A stretch of 58,248 nt of DNA, filler included, from Sphacelaria rigidula (lineage: Eukaryota), in NCBI GenBank assembly GCA_964200075.2. It is 6 parts of 6 records of this genome, joined end to end, with 100 filler letters (N's around TTAATTAATTAA, not from the genome) between each part and the next. Parts side by side here need not be neighbours in the genome. Positions count along the whole stretch, not along the records: positions 1 to 9,626 come from CAXNAA020008075.1; positions 9,727 to 19,352 come from CAXNAA020008076.1; 4 more parts are not named here. One strand, written 5' to 3'. The notes below the pieces were generated by a model. That model worked only from the letters and a program-made list of their open reading frames with translations. It searched no databases and had not been told where the DNA came from. Made by a program: the position numbers and the translations under genes. Below are positions 1 to 11,588 of the stretch, one piece after another. The stretch's first letter is position 1. Each line of letters begins with the position of its first letter.

Positions 1-1618
1 GGGAGGGGGGGGGGGGGGGGGGGGGGGGGGTACGGCTACACGGCAAGTGGTAGTGGTACGTCGAGCCTTGGTTGAGCAACGTCGAGGCAAGTCGAGAAGA
101 ACATGTCCGCAGATGCACGGAGTGGAAATGAAAGCGTTGGGGGTACAGGCGCTGGAAGTGTACCGACTCGACAGCATGCTGCACGATACATGAATCTGTC
201 GAAAGTTTTGGAAACGGAGCTGTGTTTGTTGCAAGACCCGCATTTGTTGGAATAGATCATGTCGGCATGAATAAATAATACAGAACTGTGACTTGTTGAC
301 TACTTCCTCTAGCGACACCATATTTTCATGCATCTCTTTTACCTGTGTCGCTGTGCAGTATGCCGACCATTGGAGCTTGCCCTCCGACACAGCTGTCCGA
401 ACGCTGCCTACGCGGACACCAGGTGATCATCCTTGAATAATCTACGATTGTTTGATACCATGGAAGTACTGTCAGAACATTTTTATGCCGGTTGGAATGA
501 TGCAGTCAAGTCACAGTAGTAGTGTATACCTTTTGCGTCACTCAGCAACACGTACAACTCGTAGTACACCTTCCTCGCTGAACGAACCGAACGCCATCGG
601 CTTCACGTCTCAAGTACGCGGCCCTCTCCAGCATTGCGGCCTCACTACTGTAACACCTATCCCAGTCGTTATCCAGCGGTCGCCTTGACCGAAGGGGTCA
701 TCGTCCAATCGCCAAGTTATCTTCCCTGCGGCGAGCCTGCGGCCACAAGAACAACTGATCTGCCCAAGCTCGTCGGTTTTGGGCTGCTGGGGTATAGGCC
801 AGCATCATGGTGGTGAAGGTACCGTTCAATGCCGCATCCTGGCGAAGAAACGAGAAGAACAAGGTTTTTGGCCACCATTCTTCGATTTTCCTCTTTCTCG
901 ACCGCCTCCGGGAAGGGGGGGGCTGCGTAACGTATTCCAGTCTATAATGCCCACTTGTAGTGTGGGCCTTATGCACGGTATACTGTAGGAATTACTCGAC
1001 ATAGCGTTCCGCCAAAGAGGAAAAACTGGTCCAGGCTTTTGAGCAGATGGGCACCTTCACTTGACTGGACGACTAACAAAATCTGCAGATCACGGCCGAA
1101 CTCATCTGTCGACGAGATATGTGTGTGATAGCTTAACCATTAGTCAGCGAGCATCGCTTCGGAACAGTTGTACAGGCTAACAGTCCAGAGACATCCGGGC
1201 GTTTCTAGAGCTCGGTGGGGGGGGAGGGGGAGGTCTCTCCGCAGAGCATCGGAGAAGCTCACCGTGTCAACCATGTGTGATTGGAAGTTTCCCGCGGAGA
1301 ATTACGAGCCGTGCACGAGGCCCGACAGGCGCGGGATGACCATTTTGACCAATCACAGTCGTCAAAATGAGCAAGTTTGTTCCCGTGGAAAGGACTACTT
1401 TCGCTGTCTACCCTCAAATCTCATTTGATCATGCCTAATCAACCATAAATTACATTACCCAAAAGTATGTGTTTCCTACTACTCGGGTGAAGTGCCTACA
1501 TACGTGGAGCAGATGGTCGGCGACGGCGGTCGCCTCACCGTCGAAGTACTCGTGGCGGGTGCTCGCCTATTGCGCAATTACTTTTTATGCCAGATGGAGG
1601 TGTGGAGCTTGTACGAGC

Positions 1619-2353
1619 CCTGACGAGAGCGAGTTGGTGCCATGGCGATGTGACCCGCCCGGGACGGGCGGGTCACATGAAATGTCATACGTTGCACAAT
1701 AACAGCGGACGCCCCTCTTCACCTGGTTCCGGAACTTTTTAGCAGACGTCGACCTCCACTTCCGCACCACGTCTCCCGTACGGACTGCCGCAATGACGTC
1801 CGCCTGGTAGCGTCCGCACAGATCAACGTGACATGCGGCCGTCTCTATCCGCGCGTCTCCCTCGACGCCACTGTCGAGCGCCTGGGGCGGTTCATCGTGA
1901 CGGCATTAGACAGTACAGACAACTGACCTGTGCTCTTGTGTGTTTGGATCAATTGCAGCGTGTTTGGATCAATTGCTTTTAGTAATTGTATACATTCCAC
2001 AGACAGTACAGACAACAGTACCGCGTAGCAGTGTTCCCAATCGCGGACAGTATGTAGCACAGACAACAGGGGGCAGCGATGCCGTCACGATGAACCGCCC
2101 CAGGCGCTCGACACTGGCGTCAAGGGAGACGCGCGGATAGAGACGGCCCCATGTCATGTTGATCTGTGCGGACGCTATCAGGCGGGCGTCATTGCGGCAG
2201 TCCGCACGGGAGACGTGGTGCGCAAGTGGGGTTCGACGTCTGCCAAAAAGTTCTGCAACAACCAGGTAAAGAGTCTGCTGTTATTGTGCAACGTATGACA
2301 TTTCATGTGACCCGCCCGTCACATCGCCATGGTACTAACTCGCTCTCATCAGG
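1619..2353. repeat. Long inverted repeat / foldback element (arms ~280 bp, spacer ~170 bp)
   Basis: 1619-1906 is the reverse complement of 2079-2353 with scattered mismatches (e.g. gcctggggcggttcatcgtgacggcat / atgccgtcacgatgaaccgccccaggc). Confidence 0.92.
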
Positions 2354-2522
2354 TGGACCCGTGTTGGGACGTGGTAGAGTAGGCTGTAAGTTACTCTCAA
2401 CGGTAGCGCGAAGGCGACCTTACTGATAGATACAGCTCCTAGGTGTGCGAAGGGGCGCTGTCCTTCAAACAAGGGGTGTACGGGCACAACGCACATCGTT
2501 GATACCTATACATGCATCTATA

Positions 2523-3101
2523 CTTCCTCTGTCCCATAAGTAAACTACGTTATGGGCGGCAGATCGTATCTCGCCGATGCATGTGCCCATTATGCTATAC
2601 TTAGGTTCGCTGGAAAGCTCCGGCCATGGCGATGACCACAGAAAAAATAAAATAAAAATTCCGACTCGTACTTACTGAGAATTTCTGGGTCGAAAATGAC
2701 CAAATTTCGACGAATTTCGACTAGATTCAACGAAATTGGCCTGTTTTGAAGTAAACGAAGGTTGCTACGTGCCCGAGGGGTTTTGGACGACACGTAGGTG
2801 TCACACACAAGCGACGAATCGGAGAACAAGAGTCAATTTCCATTTTGTTCGCGATTTTGGCCATTTTTTCCGCGATTCCGTCGTTCTTCCATCTTTCCGG
2901 GAAAGGGGCGGAAACGGGCCTTTTTTCGGCCGACTGGTGTTTTTTAGGCCGTTGGTCCATGCTGAGTAGTGCGCAAAAAATAAGAAAATGGGATTCAACT
3001 AAAAAAACACCAGATATTCCAAAACAATCATCACCTACGGCAAAGGACACGATCAAGAGTCCGTGTAATCACAACGTAGTTCACTTATGGGACAGAGGAA
3101 G
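2523..3101. mobile_element. Stowaway-like (Tc1/mariner) MITE, TA TSD
   Basis: TIRs CTTCCTCTGTCCCATAAGTAAACTACGTT / AACGTAGTTCACTTATGGGACAGAGGAAG, flanked by TA at 2521-2522 and 3102-3103. The TIR resembles the Stowaway consensus CTCCCTCCGT. Confidence 0.85.
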
Positions 3102-3483
3102 TATATAGTGTAGATTTTTGTTTTCATTCACTGCCTGTAGGTACGGTCTAACTGTCGCGGTCGGTCCTGCACTGTAGGGCTGAGAGCTGTGTGTTGCAGC
3201 CCATTTCACAGATGCGCGCCAGTCTGAGGTATGTTACGTGGCCGACCCGCCAGTATAGAATCTTTGCGCGAAACACATATCACGCGCGTGCGGCGCCGAC
3301 AGTCACGCTGTCCTTGCGGACAACTGTCGGTGCTGCATCATTGCTGTGGTGGCATTGCTGTACCTGTCAACAGCACGTGGCGAATACACGGTGATTGTTC
3401 GCATACTGTGTGCAAGTGACTAGGGTCGAACGGACTGCGGGCGAGTATGCTTTGTCTGTGACTGCACTTCTCGTTTTGGCCAA

Positions 3484-6400
3484 CATTGCATTTTGAATCA
3501 TGTTCTTGATAGGATGAGAGTAGAGTACTGAACGAGAGTAGGTTTCATAATGAGGTTTCAAAATGATTTTTCACTGGGCAATGTTGCACTCCGTGTGTCC
3601 TTTTCTTTGTCTGTATCACTGGCGTGTGATCACAGCTGCACCTTGATATCCAACCCGGGGATATCCAGGGGTGCAGTGCGAAGCTGGTACAAAAAGCATA
3701 TCGAGCGTCGTGAGGGGGCAATTCGGAACTGAAAGGGTTCGATTACTATTTGACAGCTTATCACTCTCAATCGATAGGGCTACTGTCAATCTCACGAAAA
3801 CATGATTTTTGATCTAACAACGGTCAAGAACAATGAGTTGTACAATAAACTGACAATCAAGTGACTCTGAACAAGCTTGATTGCTCGGCCAAAATAAAAT
3901 CTGCGGCCCCAGAGACGCGCAAACATGTCGCACGGCTTCAATGAGTATAGAACGTCCCTCCACCGGGTCAGCCTCCGCCTGAATATCTGTGAGGTCGTGC
4001 AAAGAGTAACAAGGACTGCTGAAGCATGTGTGCAAGACGTTCGCAAAATTCGCTGTGAAGAACGGCCTCAGGATAGTACCTTGTGAGAGGAGATGTGCGA
4101 AGTAATAGGAACGCCGCTAACTCATACACCGTGATTTCGATTATCGTAGAATTTTTCTAACCTGGCCAGGACATATTTCATCCGCGTTCGTGGTTTTCCC
4201 CGCTTTAATTTCCATGTGTAAGTACTGTGGGAAGGCTACCTATCATCTAACACGAGATAAAGGTTGTGGGAAAGTGTATTTTGGGCCCGTCTCCGTCGTT
4301 TTCCCCCCGAAAAGAGGGCTAGGCGGATGTTGGCACCTTGACATGACGTGCTCTACCCGCTGAGACCTTTCCACAGCACCTTTGCGTCTTATGTATGTCA
4401 TAGTTTCACTTTTGGTCGAACTCGCATTTTCAATAATAAACGGTCAAGATATCCAAAAACGGCGACTGCGATTGAAAATGCATTTTTTGCCAAAAACGAA
4501 ACTATGACCCACGGAAATGCAAAGGTGCTCTGGAGTGGCCTCAGTGGGTAGAGCAAGTCATTCCAAGGTGTCAACATCCGCCTGGCCCTCTTCTCGGGGG
4601 GGAAGCGACGGAGACGGGCCTACAATACACAATATACTTCTCAACAATTTTTATTTCATTATACGTGACAAGGAGCCTAATGGCGTCGCTTAGGACATGA
4701 CTTTAGATGACAGTACAACTGTTGAAACAGTATCCTCTAATTCGTATATCGCGGGTACGGTCACCTGCGGTCGTTTTCGAGTCGGATTATGTTACGACCA
4801 TGTGAGCGGAGCATTTTGTTTGCCACCACACGTTTGCGAACCATCGTATCGTGTGCGAAGCGGGAGGTCTGTTGGCGAGCGTCCGATGACGACAAAAATA
4901 CAGTCAGCCCTTTTCCCAAAATATATATGCTTACGACAGGGAAATATTTGCACGTGGCATCGGCAAACCCGTGGGCGCTGCAAACGATCCTCAATCTCTT
5001 CTCGGCCGTCCCCGCCTCAACCAAATGTGTTTGTTCATGTTTGCGATCTCAATCGTCCCCGCGTAATCCGTACCGCTCTCATGGCCTCCGGCCGTTGACC
5101 ACACTGTGCAGGCGGCTTTTGGAGCAGCTAAACCTCTCGGTGCTTACGGGCAGAGGGTGCAGATCCCTCGGTGCGATTGTTTCACTGAGGCATGCCGCGC
5201 GCTGTGGGTAGGAGATGGCGAAGTGCCGTCCGCGGTGCGAGGGGCTTTCACCTAGCTGTGGCATGGGCGGCCCTGCCGATTCCTGATACCTACCGGGAAA
5301 GTCTGCACGCCGTTGGTGTAGAGGGTGCGACTACTCCGCCACAATGGCCATGGTGGGGTCGGGAAGTCCACCTCTCTTGTATCCGCCATAGTGTCCCCCG
5401 CGATAACCCCGCGCCATAGTCGTCGATCAGCAGACCCCGGATAGTTGTAACTATTCGGACAAAAAAATATTCCGACCGTCATTCTGTTGAACCTCGGTAT
5501 GAAGTACGGAACCTCACTTTTCATCCAGGCTGTTGTTAGCACTGCAATGGGTCAGTGACTCAGCCGGTGCAATCGTCGGCGACCTTACGTTGCATTATGG
5601 ACTATGTCGGGGGCCGATATGTTGGGGCCACTAGGAACACACATTGTACGCGTTCAATACCAAAAGTGAAACTGTTTGTCCATACCTGTACGGAACCCCC
5701 TTGAACAAAGTCTGGTAGACGTGGATAGTGCTGCATATGAATACATCCTTCGCATCCTGCAACAGGGTGAAGCACACCTCACCCGAACGGAGGAAGAGCT
5801 TGTCGTTCTTGCCGTTAAGCTTCTTTCCGTTATCCGCCCACCACTTCCTTGCGGCAGCAGCGCCGCGCAGCGTGCTTTTCAGGGTGCCCACGGCATCGAT
5901 CCCGTGCGCCACGAGACTTGGGAACAGCGTCGGCGACGTGAAGAAGTTATCGCATACCAACATCACGCTTGAGTGGCGGATTTGATTGGCCAGATATACG
6001 TTGTGATGTAGTAGAACGTAGAGGACCATGCGGCAAGTGCGTCCCAGTGGCTCATCCGCCCAAGGGCGCAGACGCGGGTCGCCCTGGAATCCCGTGTCCA
6101 TGCATGCGGAGAAACAGCACTCCGTATAGCAACAGACAGCCCAGATCTTCATCCCCGAAGCGAGTTTCAAGTCAGCGAGAGAAAGTCCAGGCGACACCAA
6201 CATAAGTAAGGTCGAAGAGTAAATAAAATGCGCGCCCCGTCAAACATGGAACGTCTCACTGACCGACGGAGTGAGCATCATCAAATCACGGCCGCAGGAA
6301 AACGCGCGCGTGCATCATGCAGAGCCTCCAATAGTTGTGAATGCTGCACGCGAACACGCTGGAATCCATAACGCGCCAGACTCGGTCTCACCGTTTGATA

Positions 6401-7634
6401 TTGGCTTCTGTGGCATCCGTCGCAGCAGGGTTTTTGCAAAATGGTGTACGCACCGCACCATATGCTCGTCGAAGGACAACCATGCCCCGACGATGCACGC
6501 CTGGCTCTACACCTTGTTGAGGGTCATTTCCAGTTCTCTACAGAGGAGGTTCAACAAGACAGAGGGCAGTGACGCAACGGCAGTCACGAATGTGGTGATC
6601 CTCCAAGCGGGCGATGAAAGTCTTAAACGGTTCATTCGAGAAAACACACGCGCGCCTGCACGGCGACTATCGTTGACGCCGCCGCACCAACGACCCAGCA
6701 CAACACCGTCTGCACTACGCGCGACTTCCGCTTTACACGCCGCCCCACCGTCGCTCCACCCTCGACACAGATGACGACACACACCTGACGTGGTGTAACA
6801 TATTCCAACCCTCTTCTGCCCTCTTCGGCGCACCGGACGTTGACATCCGAAAGTGGCGACATTAGATTAGCTCCAACAGGTCTCGAGACGTGACGCTTGC
6901 AGCGAAAGCATAGCCGTAATGGACTCCTGTAGACCAACGGTCTTCGATCGCAGGACAGGTCGCCAACCCCATGTGGATGACCATGGCTATCACCACCTTC
7001 GTGTGATCGACTGTCAGTCCGTCTCGGGGTCGCGTGGGATGAGGTACATACATCGTCTTGGTTCTCCTGCTGCAGCACCGACTCCCGCTCCAACGGTGGG
7101 AACACCCGCATCTGGCGCGGCATTTTCAGCGGCAACACAGTCGAGTCGGACATGTGAACTCGGGTGTGTCTCTGACCCGGCGCTGGTGATAGCCGCGCGC
7201 CCCGGTGTAGGGGATGATCGAGGAGTCGCTGAGCTAAAACTGGTCGGCACACGAGCGAGTGCGGTTGCCGATGGTATTTGCGCCAAAGGCACAGCACCCA
7301 ACCTCCGAACGTGCCTGCCATCGCCACCGATCCCTCCCTGCACTTCACCCCGCCCCAAGTTGCGCTCGACCTCGTCCTGCCAGGCTTGCTTCCCCGACTG
7401 GCTCGGTCCCTAAAAAGGCGCCCACGCACAGCTGTTGGTACAAAGTGTAGTGGCTGTTGGCGCACAACTGTGCAAGCGGACGGCCACGAGGAGGTGCCAC
7501 GGTCTGACTCCGTGCACCTGCAGGAAGGGTCGCTGCGCTCCCCGAGGTGAGGGCACCGCATCCCGCCTCCACGGCGCCCGACGCAAGTTGTCGTCCGTCC
7601 CGTGGCGGAACCATCGCCATGCCTCCGACCTCAC
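3484..7634 (-). pseudogene. piggyBac-type DDD transposase pseudogene (fragmented by stops, frameshifts, an intron and insertions)
   Basis: Motifs occur in the expected order on the minus strand: IHMGLATCPAIEDRWST...SRDLLELI (6862-7053); LSFDEHMV...MPQKPISNG (~6392-6480, in-frame stop just upstream); MKIWAVCC...VCDNFFTSPTLF...GIDAVGTL...LQDAKDVFICSTIH (5720-6154). A weaker YRQRKGHTE...VLYSHPIKNMIQNAM (3484-3615) aligns by eye to the YNxxKGGVD...LYxxIxxAxINS region. Confidence 0.88.
4254..4657. repeat. Foldback / MITE-like palindrome (arms ~180 bp, ~36-bp loop)
   Basis: ggcccgtctccgtcg...gcattttcaat (to 4434) pairs with attgaaaatgc...cgacggagacgggcc (from 4471). Confidence 0.85.
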
Positions 7635-8490
7635 CCCGGGAAGGTTGGCCCACGCCCCACTGGTGGACGACAGCAGTCCTTCTCCCTTCCTAACTACGCC
7701 AGCGGCAGACGGCGCGGAGGTGTAGTGGTCCTATCCACAGCTTGCACTGCGGTCCTTACCGTGTTCTCCAATCTGGCGGCAGTGTCGGAATCAAAATTCA
7801 ATGACTCGAAACTAACGATCCTCGCATACCGCCCGTGTTCGGCCCCTACCTCCCCACTCTGCGCGCGAATTTCTGTACACAACAAGTGCACATGTGATTT
7901 ATCGCTGCGGGCGATAAACAGCCCATGCAGGTCGGCGTCACGGAATATCACAAGCTGGTCGCGTGATTCCTTCGCTCAAACAAAGATGTCAAAGTCGCAC
8001 GCTTCAGCTGCTAACCCAAGCGCATCGATGCTGGACCATGTTGACGCCATCGTCGCCTCATGACTAGCCGCTTTCTGCAAACTGTCGACCGTGGGGTGCG
8101 CACCCGACTTAGCTACTGCAGCATTAAAGATATAGTTGACTTTTTATTGCACTCCCGCAGCCTCCATCCGCTGGCGGATCATTGCGCCATCATGGTCCCA
8201 CCCCTCGCCTCCTGCAAAAGCTAATGCCACAGTGTGAACCTTCCCCCGTTAGTTTTATCAGACTGTCTGTAGTGAGCTGCACCGGCGTTTCCCATCATCC
8301 ACTCTCTTCACGTTGCACAGCCTGGTGCAACGCCGGGAGGAAAGGTTCTGACATACCCTCCTCTACTATTTTATTTTAGGTCGGCCATTTCTTTCTGTGC
8401 TTCGCTTCTGTTGACTTCTTCATTACTTTTTTTTTTGTCACGACTTCGTCTGCTATGTCGTTCTGTTCGACTTTTATTTTCATTTTTTAT

Positions 8491-8597
8491 TTTCTCCAGA
8501 GCGTGTTTCCGTTTCGTTTTTCTTGATTTGGTACGTCCATCAAGAGACCACGACTGGACCCCTGGGGGGTCACTTAAAAGTAAAGTGCGACAATCAA
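8491..8597 (+). repeat. Dispersed repeat shared with 30351-30448
   Basis: agagcgtgtttc...ggtacgtc..atc..gagac...ctggacccc.ggggg...agtgcgacaatcaa is present in both contig 1 and contig 4. Confidence 0.7.
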
Positions 8598-9056
8598 TAC
8601 AAAAAGCAATCACTATGCCTGCGGGAGAGGGTACATTCCTGTACTGCTCGCGACACAGCACCAGCGGATGCGTATTGCCCAGTGTTCGCAGTAACATTCG
8701 CCCAAGTGACACGGCGCTGATGAGCGCGCCACGTCCTACAAGAGCGTTTGCGGCGGTAGTCATAGTGCGATATCCAAACGCACGCTGCGTACCCTAGGCG
8801 CGTTCAACACTGTAAGATCCAGTACGCTGCGGACCGCACGTGCAGCCGCGGCACGATGCACTGCAGACAGCAGAGCAAACGTATGCGGCGTAATAGCCAG
8901 GTGGTCGACAACCACACCACCGTCTGTGTTATGACTCTCACAACTTTGTGCCTCATATGCACCCCCGGTCCCTTCCGCCGTGAAGTAGGCGTTTTGGTTT
9001 GTGAGACAGGAATGATTGTGACTCCAAAAAGTGGATAGTCTTACGCAGTGTTTCAC

Positions 9057-9413
9057 CGCCCCGGTGGCCAAGTTGGTAACCTCGAAACCTTCTGACCGTT
9101 GGGTCGTGGGTTCAGCTCTCGGAGCGATCTGGGATATTTTCTCGAACAATGCCCAACAGTTGAGAGCGACTGTGTCGTGGGTACACAAAATTCGACTTAA
9201 CGGTCGACAAGGGACAGGGACTGCGAACACCCCTCTCGCGATAAGAAATAAAGGCAGGCACCGCAGAAGAAAGGCAAAGTACTATAAACAAATAAAATAA
9301 AAAAAGCTCGTGTGTTGACCTCCCTCCTGTGTGACCCCGGCTAGTGCACTCACATATACCGAAAGGTGTAGACTGACGCCCATAATAGCTGGGACGACAA
9401 CACAACACACACA
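9057..9413 (+). mobile_element. tRNA-derived SINE inserted just inside the piggyBac 5' end
   Basis: A-box-like GTGGCCAAGTTGG, degenerate B-box GGGTTCAGCTC and a (CAACA)n tail. Degenerate flanking direct repeat cagtgtttcacc / cagtcttccagc. Its 3' part recurs inverted at ~18040-18103. Confidence 0.75.
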
Positions 9414-9626
9414 GTCTTCCAGCGGGGGGGTCGCTGTCTAAGGGTTAAATCCCTTTTATCCAGGCTGACCCAGGTCGCATCGGTGGGGAGGTATGCCAGA
9501 AAACCCAGTCTTTTCATGGTCAAGATCGTGGATACCTCCCTGCAGACGAGTTGCAGATCTGATTTTAACCCTTTTGGGACCGCGCCTCCAGAACGACCAA
9601 TGAGGCTGGTCAGGAATGACGTGTCT

Positions 9627-9726
9627 NNNNNNNNNNNNNNNNNNNNNNNNNNNNNNNNNNNNNNNNNNNNTTAATTAATTAANNNNNNNNNNNNNNNNNN
9701 NNNNNNNNNNNNNNNNNNNNNNNNNN
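9627..9726. other. Artificial contig spacer (N44-TTAATTAATTAA-N44)
   Basis: Exactly 100 bp with a central linker carrying stops in all frames; the same structure occurs five times in the window. Confidence 0.99.
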
Positions 9727-9891
9727 CGGTATCTCACCAACCAGACCGCCGTATTCCTCGAATGGGGTACTGTACGGTAGCTGCATGCACAGACCGTGTG
9801 CTCAAGCAAAGAAAAAAAGGCCTGTTAGAAACGCTAGAGCATCCACTCTGAATCCCATATTACGCTCTGAATCTCACGAATATAGTGTTAA

Positions 9892-10031
9892 CAGTGGTCA
9901 CTAGAGAGTATCACCATGACAGTATTCACTAGGAAGCACTACCACTACAGTAGTCACTGAAACGTCGCACTGCTTCAATGGCCACTAAAACGTAGTACCA
10001 CTGCAGTGATCATCAGAAAGGAACATCATTA
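9892..10031. repeat. Degenerate ~28-bp tandem repeat, ~5 copies
   Basis: Units such as cagtggtcactagagagtatcaccatga / cagtattcactaggaagcactaccacta / caatggccactaaaacgtagtaccactg. Confidence 0.55.
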
Positions 10032-10534
10032 CTACCGTGTTCCGAAGAGCAACAACTGGCGATACCCTGCCGAATCATTATTCCGCACCATTTTCCCAGT
10101 TCAGGCAACTTTTGAGGTTTTCATAGCGTTGCACGATGAGTTTTTATCATCAGTGACAACCTGAGGACTAGATTATTAGAAATATGCTGTAAAATCGATT
10201 GGAAAATGTTCGCAGGTTACCTGGAAAGTCTGCTATAACATAGTTTCAAAGGTATGGACGACATCGCCATTTCTCAACAGTGACGTTGTTGCAGTGATGT
10301 GCAAGCCCCGAGTGAAAAAAGCAACTACCCCTTGAGAGGAACACGCTCGCGTTCCACGCCGGAAGTTAACCCCCCCCGCCACTGTAGCAGTAAGCGCCAA
10401 GACGTAGCCTGGTAGTTGGTCCTTCGGGAAGTTCGGGGTTTCCCTTTACGAGCACAGGGCTATGTCTTGAGTATACCGCGTACCCCTTGCTTTAAAATGG
10501 CCAGACCCAAGAATTCTACGCTTTATACGTCTCA

Positions 10535-10826
10535 TGTATGTATTGCTCACTTGGCGAGAAAATGCACCGTTGAGGTATGTTGCATGCCTCACCCGGCCAG
10601 ATTATGCACCGCTGCGTTACGTTGAACTGCTCACCCGGCCAGAGTATGCACCTCTGAGTCATGTTGTATATCTCACCCGGGCCAGAATATTCACCGCTGA
10701 GTTGTGTTGTATACCTCATCCGACCAGAACCACTGAGATATGTTGTATAACTCACCCGGCCAGGATATGCACCGCTGAGTTATGTTCCATAACTCTCCAG
10801 ATCGGGAATTGCACCGGTGAGTTATG
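10535..10826. repeat. 42-bp minisatellite, ~7 copies
   Basis: Consensus approximately atgcaccgctgagttatgttgtatacctcacccggccagaat, with one shortened unit. Confidence 0.9.
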
Positions 10827-11588
10827 CAAGTATAATCCACAGGTGAGTTATGGGGGAAGGGTTATCTCGAGTTGACCTGAGTTGAGTGGCCGGAAGTGTG
10901 CAAGAATGACGGGAAAAGACAAAAGCTTTTTGTAGGGCAGATGCAAATAAGCACTCCTCACCACAGCATATGATACGTCCAGGTTTGCATGTGTTCGTTT
11001 TAGTCTTTTCGGCGCCATTGTGCATTTATTCTCACGATTTCATACTATCTGAACATAATTTATTTCATCATCTTTCTTAAGTATGTTTTCCCAATTGAAG
11101 CGTTGGGGGTGAGTGTGGAACTTGCTACACGGTTGTTTTTTGGCGGCGGTTTCTGAGGCAGTTATGAATGATGTTTGCTTTGTTGAACCCCCATACATGG
11201 GCGCCCATGATTGTTGTACCACCACGGGTTCTTCAGCCATGCTGCACGATTAGGTCGTCTCCTTCGAGTGAGACACTCGATTGATTGATTGGTTGAGCGT
11301 TCATCGCACGTTGACTGATCCGTGAGGGATCCAGCCGTGGTGACAAGGTAACTTCCTGCTGAGGAAACCTCATGAGGCGGACAACACAGGTGAGCACCAC
11401 GCCCTCGGAATTAAGTATTTGTGAGATTCAGATCTTGATCTTAACGTCAGATCCTCGACCACTCCCTAGATTCTACAGAGATGGCATGAATGACGGACTG
11501 TACAATACAACCGATGCAACCCGAAAAATGTTCGAAGTTTTCGCTCAGAGAGTGGAACAATAAGCTGTGTCTTGTTCGTCGACCCGCC

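Larger units (their letters stand above)
1137..9444 (-). mobile_element. Decayed piggyBac-like DNA transposon, ~8.3 kb, TTAA target-site duplication
   Basis: TTAA at 1133-1136 and 9445-9448. The termini are CCATTAGTCAGCGA (1137-1150) and, reverse-complemented, CCCTTAGACAGCGA (9431-9444), 12/14 identical. Both ends are independently matched by the two ends of the element at 50849-51801. PiggyBac transposase motifs lie inside. Confidence 0.85.

Noticed and set aside
8760..9230. 156-aa ORF as an intact gene
   Set aside because: Its first third is antisense SINE sequence, so the ORF is chimeric.
9671..9682. TTAA repeats as piggyBac target sites or a ~9.7-kb periodic element
   Set aside because: Synthetic linker embedded in N runs.
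10535..10826. CRISPR-like array
   Set aside because: Units are head-to-tail with no unique spacers, there are no cas genes, and the context is eukaryotic.
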